Assembly: GCA_965224485.1 (NCBI GenBank)
Contig: CBDCZH010000010.1
Coordinates: 96,001-160,000 of the forward strand
DNA: 64,000 nt
From: Arcobacteraceae bacterium
Lineage (GTDB): Bacteria; Campylobacterota; Campylobacteria; Campylobacterales; Arcobacteraceae
Direction: 5' to 3'
The position numbers and the translations under genes were made by a program. Shown here piece by piece: positions 31,601-41,169 of the stretch. Below the pieces are notes generated by a model. It did no database searches. It was not told the origin of the DNA and saw only the letters and a program-made list of their open reading frames with translations. Each line of letters opens with the position of its first letter. Position 1 is the stretch's first letter.

Positions 31601-32437
31601 ATGGATTCAAATCTTTTAAGAGTTTTTGTATATGTTGCTGCTAATAAAAGTATAAGCTTAGCAGCAAGAAAATTAAAAGTTACACAAACAAATGTAAGTT
31701 TACGAATAAAACAATTAGAAAAAAACTTAACTTTTGAACTATTTCATAGAGTTCCAAAAGGAGTTTTATTAACAAAAGAAGGTGAAAAACTTCTGCCTTT
31801 AGCAATAGAAATAGTTGATAAGATAAAAGAAGCAAAAAATCAAATAAGAAATATTAAAAAACAAGACTCTCTTATTATTGGGTCAACTTATTCAAATACG
31901 AAAATTAGATTAATACCTTTATTAAAAAAACTTAATAAAGATCATGAAAATATTAAATTAGAATTAGTTACAAATAATACTATTATTTTAAAAAGAATGT
32001 TATTAGAATACAAAGTTGACATTGCTTTTATAAATAATGAACCAACATATGATGATTTAGTTTTGTTAAAAAGATTTGATAATGAATTATTATATGTAGA
32101 ATCAAAAAATAAAAATAAAAATAATAATACTATTTTAGGACATGAAGGTGTTTGTGCATTTTTTAATGCATTGAAACAGTATTATGCTTATTTGGGTATT
32201 GAAGATTATGAAGTTTTAGAATTATCAAATTTTGAAGTTATTCTTGCTTGTGTTGAGCTAGGAATGGGAAGTACTTTATTACCTAAATCTATTGTTAAAA
32301 GGTATGGATATTTAACTAAGGTAAAAGTTACTAAAATTGATAAAAAAATAGTAGATGTTCCAACTTGTTTAGTATGTAGAAAAGATAATTTGCCTAAAAT
32401 AAGTGCTTATTTAAAAAAAGTTACTTTAGATGAATAA
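31601..32437 (+). CDS. LysR family transcriptional regulator
   Basis: N-terminal LysR HTH (SISLAARKL.VTQ..VS.RIKQLE); divergent from the desulfidase gene. Confidence 0.92.
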   Translation: MDSNLLRVFVYVAANKSISLAARKLKVTQTNVSLRIKQLEKNLTFELFHRVPKGVLLTKEGEKLLPLAIEIVDKIKEAKNQIRNIKKQDSLIIGSTYSNTKIRLIPLLKKLNKDHENIKLELVTNNTIILKRMLLEYKVDIAFINNEPTYDDLVLLKRFDNELLYVESKNKNKNNNTILGHEGVCAFFNALKQYYAYLGIEDYEVLELSNFEVILACVELGMGSTLLPKSIVKRYGYLTKVKVTKIDKKIVDVPTCLVCRKDNLPKISAYLKKVTLDE

Positions 32438-32542
32438 AATATTAAGTAAATAATATTTTTAAAATTATATATTCAAACTTATTTTTAAGGCTTTTCTAGT
32501 AAAATCTTTTTTTAATAATAACTTTATATAAGGATAGTTTTT

Positions 32543-33742
32543 ATGAATAGAAGTAAAATATTTGGCTCTATGCTGATTATTGCAGGAACTACAATTGGTG
32601 CTGGTATGTTAGCCTTGCCACTTGTAAGCGCACAACTTGGTTTTAGTGTTGCTAGTATAGTTATGTTTGTAATTTGGGCACTTATGACGTATACTGCTCT
32701 TTTAATGATAGAAGTTCATCAATTTGCACCCATTGATGCAAGTTTACATACCTTGGCTTACAATTTATTAGGACGAAAAGGTCAAGTTATTGCTAGCTTT
32801 TCTATGATATTCTTATTTTATGCTCTTTGTGCTGCTTATATTGCAGGAGGAGGGGAACAAGTACATTCTAAGCTAGTAGAATTTACAAATATAGATCTTC
32901 CAATTCAAAGTGGAGCTATACTTTTTACTGTATTAATTGCTTTAGTTGTATCTGTTGGAACAAGAAGTGTAGATATTTTAAATAGATTTTTGTTTGCTTT
33001 TAAAGTTATAGCTTTAATAATCATGCTTTCATTTTTATTCCCTTTTGCTTCAATGACAAACTTATTAGCTCTTCCAATTGAACAAGGTTTTATTTTAGCT
33101 GCTTTACCTATAGTTTTCACATCTTTTGGTTTCCATGGGTCTATTCCTTCAATTGTAAAATATATGAATAAAGACACTAAATCTCTACGAATAATTATGA
33201 TAGTTGGTTCTTTTTTACCACTAATTATCTATCTTTTATGGCAAATAGCAGCTTTGGGTGTTTTATCTCAAGAAACCCTGCTTCAACATAAGGGGCTTAA
33301 CTCTTTTATTCTTGGACTTAGCTCATTTTTGCACAATTCTCAAATTTCAAATGTTGTTTCAATTTTTGCAAATCTTGCATTAGCTACTTCATTTTTAGGT
33401 GTTAGTTTAGGATTATTTGATTTTATTGCAGATATTTTAAAAGCAAAAGATTCTAAAATAAAAAGATTTAATACTACAATTGTGACATTTTTGCCACCTC
33501 TTGCTTTTGCTTTGTTTTATCCCCAAGGTTTTATAACAGCTCTTGGTTATGCTGCTTTTGCATTAGTTATTTTAGCTGTGTTTTTACCAGTTGCTATGGT
33601 TTATGCTCAAAGAAAACAAAATATTCAAGATGCTTATGTAGTTAAAGGTGGAAACCTTGCGCTTTTCTTTGTGGCTTCTTTTGGAGTTTTAATAATAAGT
33701 GTACAAGTTTTACAGATGTTTGGTCTTCTCTCTTCTTTATAA
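32543..33742 (+). CDS. Aromatic amino acid permease (TyrP/Mtr family)
   Basis: IAGTTIGAGMLALP, FTSFGFHGSIPS, ATSFLGV. Confidence 0.9.
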   Translation: MNRSKIFGSMLIIAGTTIGAGMLALPLVSAQLGFSVASIVMFVIWALMTYTALLMIEVHQFAPIDASLHTLAYNLLGRKGQVIASFSMIFLFYALCAAYIAGGGEQVHSKLVEFTNIDLPIQSGAILFTVLIALVVSVGTRSVDILNRFLFAFKVIALIIMLSFLFPFASMTNLLALPIEQGFILAALPIVFTSFGFHGSIPSIVKYMNKDTKSLRIIMIVGSFLPLIIYLLWQIAALGVLSQETLLQHKGLNSFILGLSSFLHNSQISNVVSIFANLALATSFLGVSLGLFDFIADILKAKDSKIKRFNTTIVTFLPPLAFALFYPQGFITALGYAAFALVILAVFLPVAMVYAQRKQNIQDAYVVKGGNLALFFVASFGVLIISVQVLQMFGLLSSL

Positions 33743-33748
33743 AAAATA

Positions 33749-33780
33749 GAAAAGAAGAACTATTTTATGTTCTTCTTTCC
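33749..33780. terminator. Probable bidirectional terminator
   Basis: AAAGAAGAAC...GTTCTTCTTT inverted repeat between convergent genes. Confidence 0.6.
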
Positions 33781-33790
33781 AAAATCTAAA

Positions 33791-34708
33791 TCAACCGTTT
33801 CTTAGTTTATCTCTTAACTCACCTAATTTTTGTGCAATAATATTTGCTTTTTTCTCTAATTTTGAAACATGACCAAAAGTTTCTAGAATAACCAGATGAT
33901 TTTGTGATATTGCTTCATTTATTAACTCTAATAAAGGAACAAAGTTCTCAAAATAAGAAGATTTATCTTTCATTTTTTCTTTGAAATCATAGTCTATTCC
34001 TTGTAAAAACTTTGAAATAGCAATTAAATTACCTTTTAATTGATAAAACTTATCATCATTTGTAAAAAAATTAGATTTTATCATTGTATTAGTTTGCAGT
34101 TGTTGTTTTAACTTATCAAATACTTCAGCTAGGTTATCTGAGTTTATTATAAATACTGCTTCTTTATCATTCATTGAGACTTTTGAATCTTTTTTTAGTT
34201 GTTTGATATAAGATTCTATATTAGAAACTGTTTGTTCTAATCTTGTAGTATAAGAAGTAAAAAGTGGTAAAGAATAATCAGCATAAATATTTGAGCGTGC
34301 TTTTACAATATACTTATTAGCTCCACCTGTTCCTCTATTTCGTGCAAGGTTATTTTCTAAGGTATTAACAGCAATTCTATACATCTCTATTTGACCAACT
34401 TGCTCAAAATATTTGTTATCAATATACAAATTCACACCTGTAAAGTTTGTAACTAAACCCTCAGATAATAAATCATTAATACCATTTCTAAGAGAATAAA
34501 CAGTAGTTTTTCCTGATAGTTCTTCATACTTTGTAACATCTTTTACTTTATTACTTGTAATACTGTAAAAAGGCGCTACTAATAAACTTATAGGGAAAAA
34601 CCATAATATAATTGATATTATAGATACTAGCATAATATTAAAAAGCACTTTAAAAAATGATTTCCAATCTTGCGTGGAAGCGCAAAGTTTGTCTTTTAAT
34701 AGTGACAT
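33791..34708 (-). CDS. Hypothetical membrane-anchored protein (DUF2333-like)
   Basis: N-terminal TM; DN..F..GQ, LAR.RG, SDNL, DD.FY..KG pattern recalled for DUF2333. Confidence 0.55.
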   Translation of the reverse strand: MSLLKDKLCASTQDWKSFFKVLFNIMLVSIISIILWFFPISLLVAPFYSITSNKVKDVTKYEELSGKTTVYSLRNGINDLLSEGLVTNFTGVNLYIDNKYFEQVGQIEMYRIAVNTLENNLARNRGTGGANKYIVKARSNIYADYSLPLFTSYTTRLEQTVSNIESYIKQLKKDSKVSMNDKEAVFIINSDNLAEVFDKLKQQLQTNTMIKSNFFTNDDKFYQLKGNLIAISKFLQGIDYDFKEKMKDKSSYFENFVPLLELINEAISQNHLVILETFGHVSKLEKKANIIAQKLGELRDKLRNG

Positions 34709-34806
34709 AAATAATCCTTGTAATAATTTATATATTTATTTTATCATAAGTAAATTAATGAATTATATATAACTATAAAAGTTTTACTTTATGTTAGACT
34801 ATAAAT

Positions 34807-35247
34807 ATGAAAACAAAAATTTATTCTTATTTTTTAGTTTTAATTCAAGCTATAATTATTCTCTTGCTCTTATTTCTAAATGAATCTATTTTTACTAATA
34901 CTATTTCTATATTTGTTTTTTTTCTTGCTTTACTATTTGGTTTTTATACTTTAAGTTTTAATAAACTATTTAATTTTAATATTTCACCTTTAATAAAAAA
35001 AGATGCTATGTTGATTACTTCTGGAGCATATAAATATATACGTCATCCAATGTATTTTTCCGTTTTTTTAATGATGTTTTCAATTATATTATTAGATATA
35101 AATATGATAAATATTTTTTTATACACTTCTTTACTTTTAGTTCTATATCTAAAAGCAAAAAAAGAAGAAAGTTTATGGAGTAAAGAATCCGTAAAATACA
35201 AAGAATATATGAAAAAAACAAAAATGTTCATTCCTTTTATTTTGTAA
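34807..35247 (+). CDS. Isoprenylcysteine carboxyl methyltransferase / PEMT family membrane protein
   Basis: LITSGAYKYIRHPMY, EE, Y..Y...T.MFIP. Confidence 0.88.
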   Translation: MKTKIYSYFLVLIQAIIILLLLFLNESIFTNTISIFVFFLALLFGFYTLSFNKLFNFNISPLIKKDAMLITSGAYKYIRHPMYFSVFLMMFSIILLDINMINIFLYTSLLLVLYLKAKKEESLWSKESVKYKEYMKKTKMFIPFIL

Positions 35248-35528
35248 TTTTAGTAAATCTTATTTTAATATATTTGGACATACTATTGAATAATGTATTG
35301 ATATTGAAAAATACTATATAAGCTAGGGAAGGTTTTTGTTCTATAAACGAAGCTTATGGAAAACTTAGTTCTTATTGTATTTATAATAAAATAATATTTG
35401 TTAAAGAGATGAGATGCCTAAAATAAGAGGAAAATTTACCATATTAAATTAAAATAATTCTTTAACTTGATTTTTAAGCTTGTAAAAATAATTTTTCTTT
35501 GATAAAATAAGCACTCAAAGGAAATAAA

Positions 35529-36581
35529 ATGATTTCTAGTATTGCTTTAGAAGAATTAATTAAAGAAAATGAACTCAAAGAAAAATTTCATAAAACCCAC
35601 TTAGATGAACATGACAAAGGTATAGTCAAACTTTCAGGAATATCCAAAGCTTCTTCTGAAAATGCTTTGGAAATTGCAAGTGATAATTTATTAAAATATA
35701 GAGAAATGCTTGAAAAATTGCAAACAGAAGAAGGAAAAGAATTAGAGAAAAAAATATTACTAGAAGAAGCAGCTAAAAGAAAAAAATATTTTGATTCCCA
35801 AGATTCACGTATAAAATTAAATATGGAAGAATCTAGCGATATTAAATTAGAGGCCTTGCGTATTATTGCTGAGTTATCTACTCAAGCTCAATTTGAAGAC
35901 GAAAAACTTTTTGAACTTGCTACAAAATCTATTGAACTAAGTCTTCCTGAATTAAGTGAATTATTAAATACCCTAGGAAATATAAAAAAAGATTTTAAAT
36001 CAACTTTAAAACAAAGTGATGAAGAAAGTATTGAAGAAATAGCTAGTATTGATAGTTTCATTCCTATTATAATTTTACATTTCAATATTTTATTTGAAAA
36101 TATAAATGAAAGTGTTCGAAATCATAATGAGAAAGCAAAAGCAAATAATGAAGATGAACTAAATGAGAAGATGGAATATAAAAGTTTTTCAGGTTTTCCT
36201 CGTTATGAAGATTGGTGGATTCGAGAATTATGGTTAAGTCATCAGGCTTATTTTGCTTTATTTAAATGGAAAAGTATTATTACAGCTCAATGTTTTACTT
36301 TGGAACAAAAAAAAGCTTGGAGTATAATTTTTGATAATTGGATATTTGTCAAAAAGATTCTAAATGATAAAGGTCTTTTAGCCTTTAACTATCATTATGC
36401 TTTTGATAATGCAATTAAAAAATATGCGCAACTTGAAGAAGAATTAGAAGAAAAAAATATTATTTCTATGGAACATATTATAAATGAAATTACAATAAAA
36501 GAAGATTTCTCAAAAAACATCTCTTTTCATGATGTTAAAACACCTTATTTAAAATATAAATTAGAAAAAGAAAAGAAGTAG
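35529..36581 (+). CDS. Hypothetical protein (acidic, helical)
   Basis: 350 aa ORF with AAGGA RBS; no recognised motif. Confidence 0.75.
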   Translation: MISSIALEELIKENELKEKFHKTHLDEHDKGIVKLSGISKASSENALEIASDNLLKYREMLEKLQTEEGKELEKKILLEEAAKRKKYFDSQDSRIKLNMEESSDIKLEALRIIAELSTQAQFEDEKLFELATKSIELSLPELSELLNTLGNIKKDFKSTLKQSDEESIEEIASIDSFIPIIILHFNILFENINESVRNHNEKAKANNEDELNEKMEYKSFSGFPRYEDWWIRELWLSHQAYFALFKWKSIITAQCFTLEQKKAWSIIFDNWIFVKKILNDKGLLAFNYHYAFDNAIKKYAQLEEELEEKNIISMEHIINEITIKEDFSKNISFHDVKTPYLKYKLEKEKK

Positions 36582-36642
36582 ATATAGGAAATACAAAGAT
36601 ATTTCCTTATATCTTTGTATATATTCAAATATGATTTTAGCG

Positions 36643-37066
36643 TTAAGAACTCTTATAAAGATAGACCTTCACGCTTTTTCACTTTTGTTCAGGCATCTTT
36701 TTTAATCGAAATAAACGAAGCTTACTCGATTAAGTTATTTAAGTGTTAAAAAGCCAAAATGCCCAATATAAAAATGAATTTGTAAATATGTATTAGAACT
36801 ATATCTGCGTTAGCAGACAAATAATCTTTCCTTTAAATCTACATCTGCAAGAGCTAAATATTTTTTATTGATTTACGTAACCCAAAAATTTCTGTTTGAA
36901 CGTGAAGAAAGATGCCCTCAGGCATGTTTTAGTAAGTTATATTTTTAAGTAAATCAGTAAAAAATATTTAGGTAGCCTTTAGGCCGATGAAGCCGTAGCC
37001 AATTTCTTGTTTCTTCTTTTTGGCAAAAGAAGAAAAGAGCGGGAACTGAAAGTTTTCATGATAGAG
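36643..37066. repeat. Structured repeat unit 1 (modules L-M-A-R)
   Basis: 36811-37048 is nearly identical to 38338-38575; shares the leader TTAAGAACTCTTATAAAG..ACCTTCACGCTTTT. Confidence 0.85.
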
Positions 37067-37150
37067 CTAGAATATTCTAACGCAATTGATATATAAACTA
37101 ACAAATAAATATTTTATAAATTTTAGAATATCTTTTATATAGTTTTGACT

Positions 37151-37532
37151 TTTAAAACTCTTACAAAGGTAAACCTTCGTGCTTTTTTCCCTTACAGGAT
37201 TGTTCACTTCGTTCAGGCATCTTTTTTTGTCGATCAAAAAGAAACAAAAAAGTCGACTGCCAGTTGCTTAAGCCCTCCGGGTGCCTAGAGTTCAAGAATT
37301 AACGCACAAAGTTTGCCTTATGCTAAAGAGCATAAGTTTTCCATTGTTTCTCTGTGCTACAGAACTTCCTAAAACATGCATTTACGGCATCTTTCTTAAC
37401 GGTCAAACATGCTTCGCTTTCCACCGAAAATAAACTCTCAAACTCTAGCTTCCTCAAAGGCAGGAAAAGAGCAAGTAGTTTAAATGTCCAATGTAAAAAT
37501 GTATTTATAACTATGTATTAAAATTATATCTA
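37151..37532. repeat. Structured repeat unit 2 (modules L-B-M)
   Basis: About 37222-37477 matches about 38781-38989; same leader and central AT-rich module as the other units. Confidence 0.85.
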
Positions 37533-37585
37533 CGAAGAAGACAAAAAACCTTGATTAGGTGTATCTTTTTTAATATTATTAGTAA

Positions 37586-37843
37586 TACTCTTTAGATAAA
37601 GAAGACAGAGTTGATATAAAAACTGTTGAGTATTCTTATCCTATAGGTATGCCAATATGCAGAAAGTTAGATAATAAGTTATATGAAGTTAGAAGTAATA
37701 TTTCTAATAAAAGGATCGCACGAGTTATATTTACAATTATAAAAGAGTATATGATTTTATTAAATGGATTTATTAAAAAGACTCAAAAAACACCAAAAGG
37801 TGAAATTGAATTAGCTTTAAAAAGAATGAAGGAAATTAAATGA
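37586..37843 (+). pseudogene. 5'-truncated RelE/ParE-like (Gp49-type) toxin
   Basis: In-frame LDKEDRVDIKTVEYSYPIGMPICRKL..LYEVRS..RVIF..LLNGFIKKTQKTP..EIELA; stop at 37583 and no start codon upstream of the conserved part. Confidence 0.75.
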
Positions 37844-38124
37844 AATTAGAAAAAAATATGGAAAGTGATTTTAATGAATTTTTAAAAGAAGATGGTATTT
37901 ATGAAGAAGTAAATGATATAGCAATTAAAAGAGTAATTGCCTATCAGTTAGAAGAAGAAATGAAAGTTCAAAATATCACAAAAACAAAGATGGCTAGTAT
38001 GATGAATACAAGTAGGGCAGTAGTAAATAGATTATTAAATCCAGATAACAGTTCTTTAACCTTAAATACCCTAGAGAAAGCAACAATAGTCTTAGGAAAG
38101 AAATTAAAAATTTCAATTGTTTAA
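37840..38124 (+). CDS. XRE/HTH antitoxin
   Basis: SDFNEFLKEDG..AIKRVIA..TKTKMA..MNTSR..VNRLL.P..TL.TL; ATGA overlap with the toxin. Confidence 0.85.
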   Translation: MKLEKNMESDFNEFLKEDGIYEEVNDIAIKRVIAYQLEEEMKVQNITKTKMASMMNTSRAVVNRLLNPDNSSLTLNTLEKATIVLGKKLKISIV

Positions 38125-38157
38125 TATTTAATAAACTAATAAATAATAGTTTTAGCT

Positions 38158-38602
38158 TTTAGAACTCTAAAGGTAAACCTTCACGCTTTTTTCCCTCACA
38201 GGATTGTTCACTTAGTTCAGGCATCTTTTTTTAATCTAAAGAAACGAAACATGCACGAGAAAGTTGTTTTATTATCAAAATCTAAATACCCAATACAAAA
38301 ATGTATTTATAAATATGTATCAAAACCATATCTGCTTTAGCAGACAAATAATCTTTCCTTTAAATCTACATCTGCAAGAGCTAAATATTTTTTATTGATT
38401 TACGTAACCCAAAAATTTCTGTTTGAACGTGAAGAAAGATGCCCTCAGGCATGTTTTAGTAAGTTATATTTTTAAGTAAATCAATAAAAAATATTTAGGT
38501 AGCCTTTAGGCCGATGAAGCCGTAGACACTTTCTTGTTTCTTCTTTTTGGCAAAAGAAGAAAAGAGCGGGAACTGGAAGTTTACAAGAGCAAATACCAGT
38601 TA
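38158..38602. repeat. Structured repeat unit 3 (modules L-M-A-R)
   Basis: Near-copy of unit 1. Confidence 0.85.
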
Positions 38603-38738
38603 TTTAAAACTATTTTAAAGTATAAACTAATAAATATATTCTAATTGTTAAATGCATTGCTAAAATATACTAGTAGTGTAAAGTAAAAATGTACCACCAA
38701 GAAGATATAAAATAATATAAGTCTTATATTATTTTAAC

Positions 38739-39310
38739 TTTAAGAACTCTTATAAAGGTAAACCTTCACGCTTTTTTTCTTTTTTTGTCGATCAAAAAGA
38801 AACAAAAAAGTCGACTGCCGGTTGCTGAAGCCCTCCGGGTGCCTAGAGTTCAAGAATTCATTTTCTGCGCTCCAGAACTCGCTAAAACATGCCCTTACGG
38901 CACCTTTTTAAACGCTCAAACATGCTTCGCTTTCCACCGAAAATAAACTCTCAAACTCTAGCTTCCTCAAAGGCAGGAAAAGAGCAAGTAATCAAAATGC
39001 CCAATACAAAAATTAATTTATTAATATGTATTAAAACTATATCTGCTTAGTAGAGGAATAAGGAAACTTGTGCTCTTTAGCACAAGGCAAACCTTGTGAG
39101 TAAGTTTCTTTATTTTATGGCTAATCAAGAAAATCAAAAACTTTAGGTAGTTGAAGACCTCCGAAACAGTAGTTGTTTTTATCGAGGAATTTGCTCGTGC
39201 CTCGTGCATGCTTACTTTTTGTCAATACATGCCGAAACGAAGTGACTAAATCCTGAAAGGTAAAAGTAAGAAAGCGGGAACTGGAAGTTTACAAGAGCAA
39301 ATACCAGTTA
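38739..39310. repeat. Structured repeat unit 4 (L-B-M-A'-R, most complete)
   Basis: Contains leader, B module, central module, a divergent A module and the GCGGGAACTGGAAGTTTACAAGAGCAAATACCAGTTA end shared with unit 3. Confidence 0.8.
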
Positions 39311-39569
39311 GTTCTTAATTATCTAAAATGAAAATTCAACCTCAGGGGGTGTAATTTCCTATATATCAATATCACTCTATCCTACCTTCATAATATTAAT
39401 AAGCTTTTTTTATCTAGATATTTGGATAATTTTTATCTCACTTATTATAAAAACTGAAATTTAACATTAGGGCGGTGAGTAATTTTTTATAAGTTTACAA
39501 ATTAAATTAAATTATTATTTATATAATTAAGCTCTATTTTATTACAATCTATACTTCAAAGGAATTTAA

Positions 39570-41169
39570 ATGATAAAATCTTTATTTGTAGAAAATTTGA
39601 GAAGTCTTGAAAGTAAAAAGGTTGAGTTAAAACCACTTACAGTTCTAGTTGGTAAAAATAGTAGTGGTAAAAGTTCTTTTTTAAGAATTTTCCCTTTACT
39701 TCGACAATCTACAGAATCGAAAACTCTGGGACCTATATTATGGTTCGGGAGATATGTAGATTATGGTGCCTTTTCTGAAGCAAAAGCAAGAGATGAAGAT
39801 TCAAAATATATAAAATTTGGATTTGATATTTCATTAGATTTCAGTACGTTAAATGGAAGACGTACAAGAAGATATGCACGAGAAGAATCTTTTGATATTG
39901 AAGTTAAACTATCTGTTTCCGATAAAAAAACAAGTCAAAGTTCTTTTTTAAGTCAAATTGAAATAAATATTGAAAAATTAGATTTTGTTATGAACTTTGA
40001 AAATAATTATTTATCAAGCTTTAAAATTAATGATGTTGAAATACTTGAACTAAAGAATAAAAATGATATTAAAATTGATTATTCTGGTAGATCATTTATT
40101 CCTAAAATATTACAAAAATATAAGAAACGTTCATATAATGAGAATAATGAGAATAATGAGAATAATTATTATTGATGATTATTCATCTATTTCATTTAAC
40201 AATTTTATATCAAGTTTTGGACTACTTTTTATAAAAAAATACTTTTGGCATACAACTCACACGGATACAATATCAGATGGTATTGATTCTATTGGATTTG
40301 TTACAAAAGAAATGTTCTATGATAGAGCATTAATAGCATTTAAAAATCAAAGTAAGTTTTTAGAGAACTATAAAGATTCAGAGTTAAGTACGGAAATTCA
40401 TGAAGATATGTACATAAGTATGATTCTATATAATTTTACTAATCTATTAACTTCAGTTGATAAAGTTTTGCATGAATCTTTTAGTTCCGTAAAATATTTG
40501 GCACCATTACGTTCAACTGCACAACGTTATTATAGGTTTCAAGATTTGCAAGTTAATGAAATTGATCATGAAGGCTCAAATATAGCAATGTTTATTTATT
40601 CATTAACTGATAGAGAACGTAAAACACTTCAAGAATGGACAAGAGAAAGTTTAGGTTTTATTGTTAAAGTTATTAGTGAAGGATTACATTATTCACTATT
40701 AATTAAATTGAATGATGATGATAATGAATATAATATAAGTGACATGGGATTTGGATTCTCTCAAATCTTACCCATAGTTATTACCTTATGGACAGAAATT
40801 TTTAGACCGACTAGAATAAAAAGAAGATTCAGTACAACAAAATATTTTGTAATAGAGCAACCAGAACTGCACTTACATCCAAATATGCAAGCAAAGCTAT
40901 CTAAGTTATTTATAAATATAATTAATTATATAAAAACAAAAAATATAGATGTTAAAATTATTTTTGAAACACACAGTAATACAATGATTGAAGCTTTAGG
41001 TGAATCAATAGAGGAAAAAGTTATTGATAGAAATGATGTCTCTGTAATTATTTTTGATAAAGATACACCAACCTCTAAGACTAAAATAAAACAAACAAGT
41101 TTTGATGAAAATGGATACTTATTAGATTGGCCTATTGGATTTTTTTCAGGTAATGAATATGGTAATTGA
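39570..41169 (+). pseudogene. ABC-type (AAA_21/AAA_15-like) ATPase with DUF3696-like C-terminus, frameshifted near 40170
   Basis: N-part ENLRS, GKNSSGKSS Walker A; C-part DMGFGFSQILP signature, IEQPELHLHP, ETHS, G.LLDWPIGFF. Confidence 0.85.

Noticed and set aside
36980..37000. Hammerhead ribozyme suggested by GGCCGATGAAGCC
   Set aside because: Core is CCGATGA rather than CTGATGA, and no correctly placed GAAA or stem arrangement was found
36643..39310. CRISPR array or integron attC array
   Set aside because: Repeats are hundreds of bp, modular and irregularly spaced, with no short repeat-spacer periodicity. No cas gene or IntI is visible, and I could not identify consistent attC core sites.
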